From the NCBI GenBank assembly GCA_964016885.1, contig OZ024757.1, forward strand, positions 38,936,001 to 39,000,000: a DNA stretch of 64,000 nucleotides, in the 5' to 3' direction. The translations under genes were made by a program, and so were the position numbers. This document shows positions 1-22,277 of the stretch, piece by piece. Origin of the DNA: Eledone cirrhosa (Eukaryota). Each line of letters begins with the position of its first letter. Position 1 is the first letter of the stretch. The notes under the pieces were generated by a model. That model saw only the letters and a program-made list of their open reading frames with translations, made no database searches and was not told the origin of the DNA.

Positions 1-12
1 TTTATTATATAT

Positions 13-104
<92 letters not shown>

Positions 105-839
105 ATATATATAAATATATATATATATAGATATATATATATGTACATTATATGTATATATATGTATATATATATTATATGTATATATTATATGTATATT
201 ATATATATATATATATTCATTGAAGATTGTTTAACCTTTAAATATATATATATATATTTATATTATTTATATATATATATATATTTATGTTATATATATA
301 TATATTTATGTTATATATATATATATATTTATGTTATATATATATATATTTATATTATATATATATATATTTATATTATATACATATTTATATTATATAT
401 ATATATTTTATTATATGTATATATATATATATATTTATATTATATATATATTTATATTATATATATATTTATATTATATATATATATGTATATATATATA
501 TATTTATATTATATATGTATATATATATTTATATTATATATATACATTTATATTATATATATATATTTATATTATATATCTGTATATATATTTATATTAT
601 ATATATATATTTATATTATATATATACATTTATATTATATTATATATATTTATATATTTATATTATATATATACATTTATATTATATATATATATTTAAA
701 TATATATATATATATATATATTATATGTATTATATGTATATTTATATATATATATATTTATATTATATATATTTATATATATAATTATTTATATATTTAT
801 ATATATATATATATTTATATATATATTTATATATATATT

Positions 840-871
<32 letters not shown>

Positions 872-1300
872 TATATATATATATATATATTTATATTATA
901 TATATGTTTATATTATATATATATATATTTATATTATATATATGTTTATATTATATATATATATATATGTTTATATTATATATATATATATGTTTATATT
1001 ATGTATATATATATATTTATATTATATATAGATATATTTATATTATATATAGATATATTTATATTATATATATATCTATATATAATATAAATATATATAT
1101 ATATATATAATATAAATATATATTTATATTATATATAGATATATTTATATTATATATAGATATATTTATATTATATATAGATATATTTATATTATATATA
1201 TATATATATTTATATTATATATATATATATATTTATATTATATATATATATATTTATATTATATATATATATATATTTATATTATATATATATATATATT

Positions 1301-1339
<39 letters not shown>

Positions 1340-1340
1340 A
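1..1340. repeat. Degenerate (TA)n microsatellite
   Basis: Continuous TA repeat with TTTA/TATT interruptions; overlapping Y/I-rich ORFs are artefacts. Confidence 0.95.
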
Positions 1341-1348
1341 TGTTTATA

Positions 1349-1513
1349 AGAGGTTCGGACGCCATGCTTTCCAGCGTAGTTACATCCCTTTACGATCTGA
1401 GTTCAAATCCCGCCGAGGTTGACTTTGCCTTTCATCCTTACGGGGTCGATAAAATAAAAGTACCAGTAATGCACTGGGCAATTGCTGGCCTTGTGCCTAA
1501 ATTAGAAATAATT
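1349..1513 (+). mobile_element. tRNA-derived SINE, family A (5'-truncated)
   Basis: B-box-like GAGTTCAAATCC followed by GCCTTTCATCCTTACGGGGTCGATAAAATAAAAGTACCAG; about 10 copies in the window. Confidence 0.85.
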
Positions 1514-1533
1514 ATATATTTATATATTTATAT

Positions 1534-1571
<38 letters not shown>

Positions 1572-1640
1572 AGTTAAGAACTCAGAGTAGTCTCTTGCAA
1601 TTAATTAGTGCTTACAAGATTTTCTGAGCCGTACAATATA

Positions 1641-2001
1641 ATTGAATAAACAAGAGCGATGAACACTAATATAAATATACATATGTTCGAATCGTAAGGA
1701 CCAAATTTGCTAGGGTGAACAAATTCTAACTACACCAATATGGTTTGTTATCCTTAACTTTAAATATTAAATTAAGAGAAATAACAGACTTATATTGGGC
1801 AAAACGCCTGCTAGTTGTTACCAGGCGTTTTGCCCAATATTGGTATGTTATTGTTATTAAATTTTCTTAATTTAATATTTAAAGTTAAGGATAACAAACC
1901 ATATAGCTGTACTTAGTATTTTTTCACCCTAACAAATTTGGTCCTTACGATTCGAACGCATGTATGTTTATATTAGTGTCCATCACTCTTGTTTATTCAA
2001 T
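1641..2001. repeat. ~360-bp imperfect inverted repeat between (TA)n tracts
   Basis: Inner arms ATATTGGGCAAAACGCCTG / CAGGCGTTTTGCCCAATAT; outer arms GTTCGAATCGTAAGGACCAAATTTG / CAAATTTGGTCCTTACGATTCGAAC. Confidence 0.9.
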
Positions 2002-3057
2002 GATATATATATATATATTAATATACACAGGCGTATAGATATATTTATATACAGGCTTGTGTTGTGTGTGTATGTGTGTATGCATGTCTGTGTGTATATA
2101 GTAATAACTCAGTTACTTTTTTTTCGATATAAAATTGACTATAGCACAATATTGGTCCACCCAGGCGAAATTATATGAACTAGCTTTTCGCTATTCTCAA
2201 TTTAGTAATGTCTTCAAGTTGATACGTCACTTAATGGCATAGGAATGTTAATGGAAATGATTTGTGTTACGTTCTTCAGATATAATTTCTTGGTCATGTT
2301 TAGAATACTACCAAATAATGTATTGGCTAAGTTAACAAGCAACGTATGTTTATGTCAAATCTTATTACTGAGAAATTATTATTTAGTTGCCGTTCCAATC
2401 TGTGGACACGTGTAGTCTTTTTTCCTTTCCTTTATATATTCCTAAGCAGCCATAATTGATTGTAAGTGTATGATTATATGTTGATGATTTGATTCGTGTA
2501 TTTTGGTACAGAGAAAGCCATATGTATATACTGTGGATTTGCATGTGTATGTATATATATGTATATATGTATGTATGTTGACAAGTATCTTGAAATGAAA
2601 ATATATAACAGAATTTTTATTTTAAGGTTGTTTACAACATGACTAGCTTAACTTAACGAATTCATATGAATTCATATAAAAAATATTTGGTATATTTTCG
2701 ACAAAGATAAACACTACATTCAGCCAGGGTGTTCTTTCGTGTTCAATAAAAGTTGAATTATTTCAATATATTTCTTGGTAAATTTTGGACCATAGTCTAC
2801 ATGGTGAATCCAGGTTGGGTGTTCGTTCGTGTACGATACAAGTTGAAAATAGTATTTATATATTCTTCCGTGTGTTATACATTTTGACTAAATCCTGCTT
2901 TTATACCTACAGTGTGAAGCCAAAAAGTAACTTAACGTAATAAAATGTGGATTTTCAGCTTGTGGTCAATTGTCAGATTCTAAGTTCACTTTTAATATCC
3001 CATTTTATAGTGAAGTGTTTCCACACAGATAGGCATAAAACTACATACATACATACA

Positions 3058-3541
<484 letters not shown>

Positions 3542-3610
3542 ATGTGACGAAAAGCAAACGATACAAGAGTGCTCTATGTATAGAACAGAGCTATATAATT
3601 AGAAAGAAAT

Positions 3611-3680
3611 CTCTATCTGGCGAGCGTTCCAGACCTCTATATTATTATCGTCTGTGATCCAGAAACCTTTGGTAATGGAG
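3611..3680 (+). ncRNA. Degenerate type I hammerhead ribozyme motif
   Basis: Stem I CTCTAT/ATGGAG; core CTGGCGA (A6G); partial stem II CAGAC/GTCTG; GAAA; stem III ACC-TTT-GGT; GTA triplet. Confidence 0.55.
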
Positions 3681-4218
3681 TATTATATTTTGTGTTGTTT
3701 ACTTTCTAATTAAATATATATATATATATATATAGTGTGTGTGTGCGTGTCGATACACACATCAGAATATACAAAATGAAAGAGTGAGACTTAAGTACCA
3801 TGTCGTAAAACGATTTAATATATAGGTTTTTTATTATTTTGCTTATTGATTCCTTCCTTCTTTCTTTCTAAATTTATTTATTTATTTCGAACATGTTTTC
3901 CACAATAAGTTTCTTCTTTTCCGCATATTTGGTTTTCTATTTGTTTTATTCCGTGTTAAGCTTAAAAGAAATCTGGTGGGAAAAACAAGATGGAGAGAAT
4001 GTGATGGAAAAGTAAATAAAGAAATATACGTAAAAGTGTTTTGGAAAAAAATAAGGAAATCGTAATAAATTCCATATAAACCAAAACCAAAATATGTAAT
4101 GCAAACAAACAATGGATATATGGAAGCAACATGCAAAGTAGAGCAAAATCTTAGAAGTGTAAGGTATATATATATATATATATGTACATACATACATACA
4201 TATATATATATGTGTATG

Positions 4219-4251
<33 letters not shown>

Positions 4252-4371
4252 GTATGTATATACACACACATACATATATATATATATATGTATGTGTGTG
4301 TATATACATACACATATATATATGTATGTGTGTGTATATACATACACATATATATATATGTATGTATGTAC

Positions 4372-4446
<75 letters not shown>

Positions 4447-4770
4447 ATGACATATCTACACACAAGAGATGGGAAATAGTAAGATATTTAAAGTAGGGAA
4501 GTAGGAAAATAGGAAAATAAACTGTATCTGAAAAACAGTAATAGATATAAATACATAAATACGCACACAAAAAAAAAAATGAATTCATAAATGAACACAT
4601 ACATATATACATACACACACATATATAAATATATACACAAAAAAAAGGAACATTGAATGTATTTGATGGATATAGCTCAGGTCATAAGTGTCTGTAGTGA
4701 AAGTATGTAACTGATACTTTAAGTGAACATTAAAGATGGAGAATAAAAAAAAATTTCATGAAATGATTAA

Positions 4771-4809
<39 letters not shown>

Positions 4810-5198
4810 TAAGTTTAAAGAAAAATGAACGAAAAACAAAAGAGGAAATAACACAAACACACAACTGTATTCGCAGCAACAGTAATATAATGTAATCAGT
4901 AAGATATAGAGAAACAGTGACAAGAACAACAATTGTGCAAATCGAGCAATGACAACAAAAATTAACACAACATAATATCACAATCTTCACAAATAACTAT
5001 AACAAATGTCCTTACGGTTAGAAATAAAGGAAATACTCCTATTATTAATGATAACAGTTTAGGAGATTAATATTGATCATCTTATGTTAGCCTTGTGGTT
5101 AGTAGTAGTATCATTATTTGTTTTTAACATAGTGATAATAATAAGTTTAATATTGGTGATGGTTGCAATAGCAACTGTAATAGTGAAGTTGTTAAAGA

Positions 5199-5230
<32 letters not shown>

Positions 5231-5437
5231 TTATATATACACACACATATTTATATATACACACACATATTTATATATACACACACATATTTATATATAC
5301 ACACACACATTTATATATATATACACACATATATGTATATACGCATATATATATGTATATAGGCACATATATGTATATACGCACACACATATAGATACAC
5401 ATTATATACAAATGTATATGAAAGTAACACCACTTAG

Positions 5438-5628
5438 AATTGTTTCTACTTTAGGCACAAGGCCAGCAAATTATCCAGTGCATTACTGGTACTTTATTTT
5501 ATCGACCCTGTAAGGATGAAAAGCAAAGTTAACCTCGGCGGGATTTGGACTCAGACTATAAAGGGCCGTAACTCTTTGCTGCAAAGCATGGCGTCCAACC
5601 CTCTACCGATACTGCCAATCCACCACCT
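5438..5628 (-). mobile_element. SINE family A
   Basis: Reverse complement of family A (CTGGTACTTTATTTTATCGACCCTGTAAGGATGAAAAGCAAAG). Confidence 0.85.
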
Positions 5629-5873
5629 TATAATATTGATGCGTTAGTAATAAGCATCATAGCTTTACATATACGCACACACATATACACACATATACAC
5701 ATATACAGGTGTGTAGGTATGTGTGTATGTGTCTGTGTATGTTCTGTTTGTGTCTTTACGTTTTAAACGCCATGATGAATAAATAAAAAAAATGCTATGA
5801 AATCTTGAAGACATTTTTATACGTTTAGAGTAACGTCAGCGATACATTGGTTGTGACAGTACAGATACATACG

Positions 5874-5923
<50 letters not shown>

Positions 5924-6139
5924 CATGTACAATATAAATGGTGCGTAGGTATTAGCATATAAATATATATTTATATATACACATGCTTGTGCGTAAGAGT
6001 GTAAAGGATATGTAATTTATGTTACATAATGTTACGATTACCATAGCAACCACACGCATAACGAAGCATTATTTTCCTGCAAATATCTGATAGAATGATA
6101 ATAAATTACACACGCGCGCACACACGCACGAACGCGCGC

Positions 6140-9375
<3,236 letters not shown>

Positions 9376-9834
9376 CATGTATGGAAAAAACCACAAACAA
9401 AAAAGGAAAATATATCTCCTATAATTTATAGCCTCTCTGATAAACCTTCAAAATATTTTAATTCATGTTTTAGATGAATCCCTTCCTGAGTTATACAAAC
9501 ATAGTTCAAGACAATCTACCCAACAACTTGGGTGTATGTATGTGTATGTATGTATGTGTGTGTATGTATGTAAATGTGTGTGTATGTATGTATATGTGTC
9601 TGTGTGTAACACTCTTTCTATCTCTCTCTCTCCTTCCACCCTCTCTATCTAACTCTATCTCTCTCAATATATGTTATCCTACATTTTGTATAACACAAAC
9701 AATATATTGTATTTCGGAGAATTATGGAAAGATGTAAAAACAGATTTTTTTTCCAAAGATTTATTTCTATCGGCATTTTTATATTATTTCCGTGTTTGTT
9801 TCCATATCCATCCCACTCTCTGTGTATATATACT

Positions 9835-9868
9835 GTATGTATATATATATATATATATTTATATTATA

Positions 9869-9948
<80 letters not shown>

Positions 9949-10304
9949 ATTTATATATATATATATTTATATATATATATATTTATATATATATATTTAT
10001 AATATATATATTTATATATATATATTTATATATATATATATTTATATATATTATATATATATATATATATATATTATATTATATATATATATATATTTAT
10101 ATAATATATTTATATATATATATATTTATATATATATATATATATATATATTATATTTATATATAAATATATATATATATATATTATATATATTTATATA
10201 TATATATTATATATATATATATATTATATGTATATATATTTATATTATATTTATATATATATATTATAATATATATATTTATATATATATATATTATATA
10301 TATT

Positions 10305-10341
<37 letters not shown>

Positions 10342-10526
10342 ATTATATATATTATATATATATATTATATATATATATATTATAATATTTATATATATAT
10401 TTATATTATATATATTATATATATATATTATATTTATATATATATATATATTATATATATTTATATATATACATTATATTTATATATATATATTATATAT
10501 ATATATTTATATATATATATATATAT

Positions 10527-10560
<34 letters not shown>

Positions 10561-10691
10561 TTATATATATATATATTTATATATATATATATTTATATAT
10601 ATATATATTTACATATATATATTTATATATATATATATTTATATATATATATATTTATATATATATATATTTACATATATATATATTTTTT

Positions 10692-10726
<35 letters not shown>

Positions 10727-10818
10727 ATTTATATATATTTATATTTATATATATATATATATTTATATATATTTATATTTATATATATATATATTTATAT
10801 ATATATTATATATATATA

Positions 10819-10915
<97 letters not shown>

Positions 10916-11435
10916 ATTTATATATATATATATTTATATATATTTATATATATATATATTTATATATATATATATATATATATTTTATTTATATATATTT
11001 ATATATATATATATTTATATATATATATATTATATTTATATATATATATATTTATATATATATATATTTATATATATATATATTTATATATATATATATT
11101 TATATATATATATATTTATATATATATATATTTATATATATATATATTTATATATATATATATTTATATATATATATTTATATATATATATTTATATTTA
11201 TATATATTTATATATATATATATATATTTATATATATTTATATATATTTATATTTATATATATTTATATATTTATATATATTTATATATATTTATATTTA
11301 TATATATTTATATATTTATATATATTTATATATTTATATTTATTTATATATTTATATTTATATTTATTTATTTATATATTTATTTATTATATTTATATTT
11401 ATTTATATATTTATATATTATCTCTCTCTCTCTCT
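9835..11435. repeat. (TA)n/(TTTATA)n microsatellite
   Basis: Directly visible. Confidence 0.95.
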
Positions 11436-11763
11436 CATACGCACCTTCATGTATTTTATATATTTATATATCACTTGATCGAACAGGAAGCTTTAAGTAG
11501 GTTTTAAACACACTTTTTTTTTCCGTGATATTTTGTGTTAAGCTCCATGTCGCCAGGGCAAAATAGAAAGAAGTATACACGCAGCTTACAATATATATGA
11601 CTTGATATATTTTATCATCAAAATGTTCTTACATAATTATTGCTTTCGAAGAGAATAAATCTATCCATTTTAGAATCATGCGTTCGTTAATGGCAGACAA
11701 TATTTTACAGGTTTCGGCATTGTTTGTAAAACGTAGATATGCGTATATATGTAAAATAAGGAA

Positions 11764-11806
<43 letters not shown>

Positions 11807-12033
11807 GTGTGTGTGTGTGTAGGTGAAGATACTGACACACACATACGTATACATAAATATTCACGTACTCAAATATGTACACACATACATGCATACGTGT
11901 ATATATGTACATACGTGTGTACGTGTGTATGTCGATCCGGAATAAATCGGGGGGGGGGGGGGTAACCATAGTTAAACGTTTGCAATATATTAGTCGAGTG
12001 TAAACATTTTCTGGAAGCATTTCTATATTAAAT

Positions 12034-12212
12034 AATTATTTCTACTTTTGGCACAAGGCAAGCAATTTCCCAGTGTATTACTTGTACTTTATTTTATCGA
12101 CCCCGTAAGGGATGAACGGCAAAGTTAACCTCGTCGAATTTGAACTCAGAATGGCAAGGGCCGTAACTCTATGCGTCAAAGCATGGCGTCCGATACTGCA
12201 ATTCACCGTCCT
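12034..12212 (-). mobile_element. SINE family A
   Basis: Reverse complement of the family A body. Confidence 0.85.
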
Positions 12213-12249
12213 CACCGTAAATTTCTATATTAAATAATGAATATATATA

Positions 12250-12310
12250 TATAGGAAAATGTATGACCCTGACTGCAGAGCTCAAGCCGTTTCGACGACT
12301 ATTTCTGGAC
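12250..12310 (-). repeat. Family C pLTR-like fragment
   Basis: ATAGGAAAATGTATGACCCTGACTGCAGAGCTCAAGCCGTTTCGACGACTATTTCTGG, near-identical to 44342-44400. Confidence 0.8.
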
Positions 12311-12342
12311 GATATGTGTATATGTATATATATGTATATATG

Positions 12343-12438
12343 TATGTAAAAGGTAAATATAAATAACACAATCGGTACAGTATGGGAAGGTATATATTAG
12401 GTTAACGTTTGATATAGCAGGAAGGAGGTCGTAATGTT
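12343..12438 (-). repeat. Partial copy of the pLTR-like repeat at 58172-58418
   Basis: ATGTAAAAGGTAAA..AACACAATCGGTACAGTAT..TATATTAGGTTAAC..TGATATAGCAGGAAG shared; the copy ends where the HHR would begin. Confidence 0.8.
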
Positions 12439-12465
12439 ATATGTATATATATATGTATATATATG

Positions 12466-12496
<31 letters not shown>

Positions 12497-12515
12497 GTAT
12501 ATGTATGGGTGTGTG

Positions 12516-12546
<31 letters not shown>

Positions 12547-12656
12547 GTATGTATGTATGTATATGTATGTATGTATATATATATATGTATGTATGTATAT
12601 ATATATATGTATGTATGTATATATATATATGTATGTATGTATGTATATATATATAT

Positions 12657-13998
12657 AACTTTGAATAACTTTGAAATGTTTTGGCCAGTATTGGCCCAGG
12701 CCATGTCTAACTTAATAGCACCACCTGGCAAAGTCTTTCAATTCAGGATTTGGGCACCATGGCCCATTCGAGACGAGAATTACTGTTTGCGGAGACATAT
12801 CCGGGTGTGGGTGGTTTGTCCGGGATTACTTGGAGGAATTTGTCCAAAGACTTCTTGAATTTTGTGTGGTCAGTTTCTGTTTTGACGTGTCCTGGTGTGA
12901 TGTTGAAGAGAGCAGGGCCGATTGAGGTGAAATAATTGTGCCGTATTGTTGTTATGAGTTGCGATTTAGATTTTTGAATGGGACGGATAGCACGGGGCCC
13001 AAGCCTTGGGTGTATCTTGAAGGCGATGCCAACATCATTTGGGCAGTGATGATGGAATATTTTCCACATCATGCAGATAATATAACGCTCACGGCGACGT
13101 TGGAGTGAGTAAAGTTTTAGGTTTTCTAATCGACCCCAGTAGTCAAGGTCCTGACATGCCATCTATCTTTTTCGTGATTGCCCTTTGAGGAGCTTCAAGT
13201 TTCATGATACTTTGTTTCGTGTGGGGAGACCACAGTGGACAACAGTATTCAAGGTGTGGTCGGGCAAAAGTAGAGAAGAGAAGGATAATGGTGTGGGAAT
13301 CTCTCGACTGGAAGGTTCTGAGGATCCAGGAACACATTCTGCGGGCCATGTCAACTTTGCTGCTTATATGCGTGGTCCAGCTTATGTTGCTGTCCACGGT
13401 TACTCCCAAGTCTCTGATGTTGTTAGATGCCACGAGAGTTTCCCCGGAGGGAAGGGAGTACGGGAGTTTCAGAGCATCCTCTTTTCCAAAGTGCATCAGT
13501 TCGAATTTGTCTTCGTTCAGTAACATGTTGTTCTTTTCCGCCCATTGGATAACAGCCAGTAGTCTGACTGAAGGCTTATCCGGTCATCCACGCCATTGAT
13601 GACCTTTTGGAGCTTGGAATCATCAGCGAACATTTTAATGTTGCTGTGTTTGATGATGTCAGTGATGTCATTAATATAGATGATGAAGAGAAGTGGGCCC
13701 AACACAGTGCCTTGTGGGACACCACTACTGACTTTGGCTGGGCTGGATTTGACCCCCTCAACTACAACATGTTGGGTTCTGTTTGGACAGGAAGCTCTTG
13801 ATCCACTGCAGCAGCTTTCCAGTGACACCAATATTGGACAGCTTTCTCAGTAGAATGTTATGATCAACCCTGTCAAAGGCCTTGCTGAAATCAAGGTAGA
13901 TAACATCAGTGTTGGAACCCTCTCCCAAGGCTCTCAAAATGTCATTAAGTGATGCAGTAGCTGCGTCAGGCAATCCCTTCCATTACGGAATCCATGCT
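12657..13998 (-). mobile_element. 5'-truncated, frameshifted CR1/L2-group LINE (RT domain plus 3' end)
   Basis: Consecutive frames give [75 protein letters not shown]; short tandem tail TTCAAAGTTA x2 abutting (TA)n. Confidence 0.92.
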
Positions 13999-13999
13999 G

Positions 14000-14004
14000 G
14001 TATG

Positions 14005-14035
<31 letters not shown>

Positions 14036-14072
14036 ATATATATGTATGTATGTATATATATATGTATGTATG

Positions 14073-14103
<31 letters not shown>

Positions 14104-14449
14104 ATATATATATGTATGTATGTATATATATATGTGTGTATGTATATATATATATGTATGTATGTATATATATATGTGTGTATGTATATATATATATGTA
14201 TGTATGTATATATATATATGTATGTATGTATATATATATGTATGTATGTATATATATGTATGTATGTATATATATGTATGTATGTATGTATATATATGTA
14301 TGTATCGTATGTATATATATGTATGTATGTATATATATATGTATGTATGTATATATATATGTATGTATGTATATATATATGTGTATGTATATATATATGT
14401 GTATGTATATATATATATATATGTATATATATGTATGTATGTATGTATG

Positions 14450-14486
<37 letters not shown>

Positions 14487-14505
14487 ATATATGTATGTAT
14501 GTATA

Positions 14506-14541
<36 letters not shown>

Positions 14542-14696
14542 TGTATGTATGTATATATATGTATGTATGTATGTATATATATATATGTATGTATGTATGT
14601 GTATGTATGTATGTATGTATATATATGTATGTATGTATGTATGTATATATATGTATGTATGTATGTATAATATATATATGTATGTATGTATGTATG

Positions 14697-14729
<33 letters not shown>

Positions 14730-14964
14730 ATATATATGTATGTGTATATTATATATGTATGTGTATATATATATATGTATGTGTATATATATATATGTAT
14801 GTGTTTATATATATATATATATGTATGTGTATATATATATATGTATGTGTATATATATATATCATATGTATGTGTATATATATATATGTATGTATGTATG
14901 TATATATATATATATATGTATGTATATATATATATATATGTATGTATATATATATATATGTATG

Positions 14965-14995
<31 letters not shown>

Positions 14996-15014
14996 ATGTA
15001 TGTATGTATGTATG

Positions 15015-15047
<33 letters not shown>

Positions 15048-15467
15048 ATATATATACGAATGTATGTATATATATATACGAATGTATGTATATATATATA
15101 TGTATGTATGTATATATATATATGTATGTATATATATATATGTATGTATGTATATATATATATGTATGTATATATATATATGTATGTATATATATATATA
15201 TGTATGTATGTATATATATATATGTATGTATATATATATATATGTATGTATGTATATATATATGTGTGTATGTATATATATATGTGTGTATGTATATATA
15301 TATGTGTGTATGTATATATATATATGTGTGTATGTATGTATGTATATATGTATGTATGTATATATATATGTATGTATATATATATGTATGTATGTATATA
15401 TGTATGTATGTATGTATATATATATGTATGTATATATATATGTATGTATGTATATATGTATGTATGT

Positions 15468-15501
<34 letters not shown>

Positions 15502-15568
15502 GTATGTATATATATGTATGTATGTATGTATGTATATATATGTATGTATGTATGTATATATATATATA
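14000..15568. repeat. (TATG)n/(TA)n microsatellite
   Basis: Directly visible. Confidence 0.95.
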
Positions 15569-15569
15569 T

Positions 15570-15905
15570 CTTTTTGGTAAATAGCATCTTGGTTAAGAGA
15601 GTGGGACTGGCTTTGTGCAGTGCCTTTGCTCACTATAAAAGCTTCACGGCACAGGCATTGCTTTATATCTGGAGATCTCTCTGCACTTGTCCTCACATGG
15701 GCCCAGCACTATGTGTCAATAATTGTCCTACCATGGGCCTAGCACTATGTGTCAATGATTGTCACAGGTGTAGTGTTTGTACCAGAGGTTTCAAGTCGCT
15801 GGCTGGACCTAAAAAGTCACACTCGTTCAGCGCTTCGGTAGGGGTTATCCCACATGGATGTAAAGTAGTGGCCGTACTCGAAAACGAGTTGGCAGCCACC
15901 ATATA
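15570..15905 (+). mobile_element. 3' end of an RTE-like LINE (C-terminal zinc-finger remnant)
   Basis: [15 protein letters not shown] resembles the CxxCxRxFxSxxGLxSHxR terminus of RTE ORFs; 36-bp internal duplication at 15696/15732. Confidence 0.55.
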
Positions 15906-15950
15906 ATATATATATATGTATGTGTATATATATATATGTATGTATGTATG

Positions 15951-15983
<33 letters not shown>

Positions 15984-16665
15984 ATATATATATGTATGTA
16001 TGTATATATATATATGTATGTATGTATATATATATATGTATGTATGTATATATATATACGTATGTATGTATATATATATACGAATGTATGTATATATATA
16101 TACGAATGTATGTATATATATATATACGAATGTATGTATATATATATATGTATGTATGTATATATATATATGTATGTATGTATATATATATATGTATGTA
16201 TGTATATATATATATGTATGTATGTATGTATATATATATATGTATGTATATATATATTATATATATGTATGTATATATATATATATATGTATGTATGTAT
16301 GTATGTATATATATGTATGTATGTATATATATATATGCATGTATGTATATATATATATGTATGTATGTATATATATATATGCATGTATGTATATATATAT
16401 ATGTATGTATGTATATATATATATGCATGTATGTATATATATATATGTATGTATGTATATATATATACGTATGTATGTATGTATAATATATACGTATGTA
16501 TGTATGTATGTATATGTATATATATGTATGTATGTATGTATATGTATATATATGTATGTATGTATGTATATGTATGTATATGTATGTATGTATACGTATG
16601 TATATGTATGTATGTATGTATGTATATGTATGTATATGTATGTGTATGTTATGTATGTATATATA

Positions 16666-16698
<33 letters not shown>

Positions 16699-16760
16699 AT
16701 GTATATATGTATGTATGTATATGTATATATATATGTATACATACATACATATATATATAC
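15906..16760. repeat. (TATG)n/(TA)n microsatellite
   Basis: Directly visible. Confidence 0.95.
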
Positions 16761-17299
16761 AACCAAATAATTTGCAAGCTTAAACTAAATACATTTAATA
16801 ACTAAATGTTCGTACAATCAGATGACAAGAAATATATTCATGAAACAAATCTTGGATAATACCAATGATATCTAAGGATACCGTTAATGTATTAAAAAGT
16901 GACGCAACATCTCATTAAATTGAATATTATAGCATGCAAGAAAAACGTCTTAAATATAGTCTATAGAACGAAGTATTTCCATTTAGAAATTCTGATGTGT
17001 GTCTCTATTATATATGTGAGTGTGAAGTTGAAATGATATTACAATATCAGTATCGGGGTTATTACAGTGTGATGTAAACTACTTTTTAATTTACTCTAAA
17101 CTTTTCTTCTCTTCAGAGCTAAGTTACTTACATTTTGCTCGCTTCTTTTTTTTTTTTTTTTTTTTTTCTGTTATGCTCTCGCACTATATCCCCTTTAAAG
17201 ACTACATCTCTTTCTGAACTACCTTGCAGAAGAAAGAGCCACATCAAATACAAAATCTTATGTGGATATATATTAATTGCAAATTCAGATAAAATCTCT

Positions 17300-17950
17300 T
17301 AAAATAAAATTTTCAACCCATATATATTCTAACCGTATATGATTTCTGGTATCAAATGATTAAATACAATGAATAACGCACCAGAATTTATATTGGTCCA
17401 GTTCCCTATATCGATTATTAACCCTTAATCATCTTTCTATTATCTGAAATAGATTTAAATTTCCCAAGACGCACCATCATTATTGGTGAATCTGAAATCA
17501 AAATAATTAGGCTCGGTACAAAATCGATATAATCATATAGCAAATATTTCTTGTTCGTTGACCTTGGTGAATCTTTCTTTGATGTCAGTATGGAGGCAAG
17601 TATCTCAAATGAAATATGCAAATTAATTTTACTTGAGATATTAAATATAATATACACTAGATATTAAATTTTTAAAATTCGCTTTCTAGCAGGATTACTA
17701 TTATTATGGTATAGCATTAACAGCTAAACAGACAGCTATAAAGACATTTCATTTAGTTATTCATAAGCAAACCCTCAAATGAAAGCCAAATGAAACCTGT
17801 AAATAATTAATTTCCTCGATATAATATTTAAGCAGGATGTCTTTGGAAATCTGAGCGATGTCCTACATTTCGTTTATAAATACTTTGGCAGCTCACTATC
17901 AGGAATGTTTTATGTTGCATCGTGTATGAGGAAACGGCTTTGAACTAAAC
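17300..17950 (-). pseudogene. Highly decayed Penelope-like RT remnant (boundaries uncertain)
   Basis: Colinear motifs on the minus strand: LPK(fs)IYK at about 17890 (cf. LPKIHK), then CTEPNYFDF...DGAS(fs)MGN at about 17520-17460 (cf. NYFxF..DGxxMGS); many stops. Confidence 0.4.
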
Positions 17951-18944
17951 GACAGGACATTTTAACAAAGCAATTTCGCGAAATGGCTTTTAGCTGAAAA
18001 TTGAATATATATAGACAATAAAAATTAGACAATACCAGCTATAAAATAGTAGAAAATTAACATCCTTTACAATCTAGAAATAAATAACATTGATCACATG
18101 TTAAACTTTAATCCTTGTAAACAAAGACATCCTCATTGTAACCAAACATGTTACTGAAATCAGTTATTCCACGGTTTCGAAATCCCCAGTGTCCAGTTTG
18201 AAATGTACAGATAACATAATTAATCATCCGATGTCTCGCACTCCATCCTATTCTGGAATTTGCTTGAAATTTGCTCTTTTGCTTAACCAAACGTTATATT
18301 GTCTTCACCACCAACCCGTTAAATTTACGATACAAGCAGCATAAACAAAGGTTGCCGGAACCTACTTATCCACTACTTTCGTAAGATAAATTTAGTCATT
18401 GCTGGACAAATAGCTAAATGAACATCAATTAGAACATTTTATATCGCCTCCATGTCACAACAGAGTTACTTTATATATTTTTCCTATCCGGAAAATGTTT
18501 TAATCGCACTTGAAACCTCGTATCATGTGTAGACATACGACTTAATATTTCATAAAGAGCTACAGAATGCTACTACATAGTTAGCAAAATATTTATTCTT
18601 TCTCCTTATTTCTAACACATACAACATAGGATACGCCTATATTCCAATATAATCAACACACCACAACATGTTCTGTCTTTCCACATTTCCCCTCCTTACC
18701 ACTTACTTTCACCTACTTCTCTACACAACATTCAATATCTAATAACTTTCAAAATAATACTAATTATAACTAACATAATCACATTAATTCCCAGAGATAT
18801 TTCTCAAAGGAGATTAATCAAAAATACATTTGTTTTTAAATATTGTTTTCGCTATAAACTCATTCGACGTCATCTGATATGCCTAAGGGATAAATAATAA
18901 TTCCGGCTTGTGCAGATCCAGCTTCAATAAATTTGACACACACA

Positions 18945-22050
<3,106 letters not shown>

Positions 22051-22054
22051 ATAT

Positions 22055-22206
22055 GCAAACGTTTTATTTAAGATTGTTGGGTTACAACGAGTAAATATTT
22101 TATAACTGATATAAAAGCACTCGACATTTTTAATATGATATCCAGAAATATATATAACGAAATAAATATGGTTTTATAAATATAGTTTCCATTTGTTTAA
22201 TATCGT
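22055..22206 (+). repeat. ~150-bp segment duplicated at 24996-25146
   Basis: Near-identical sequence (AAGATTGTTGGGTTACAACGAGTAAA...CCATTTGTTTAATATCGT) on both sides of the gap. Confidence 0.95.
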
Positions 22207-22210
22207 TATT

Positions 22211-22243
<33 letters not shown>

Positions 22244-22246
22244 ATT

Positions 22247-22277
<31 letters not shown>

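Noticed and set aside
2726-2848. ~31-bp diverged direct repeat with period 91 (also a 27-bp repeat at 38348/38487)
   Set aside because: Only two units; ordinary local duplication
6038-6051. RFX X-box-like TTACCATAGCAAC near a CG-rich patch
   Set aside because: Single imperfect motif with no promoter evidence
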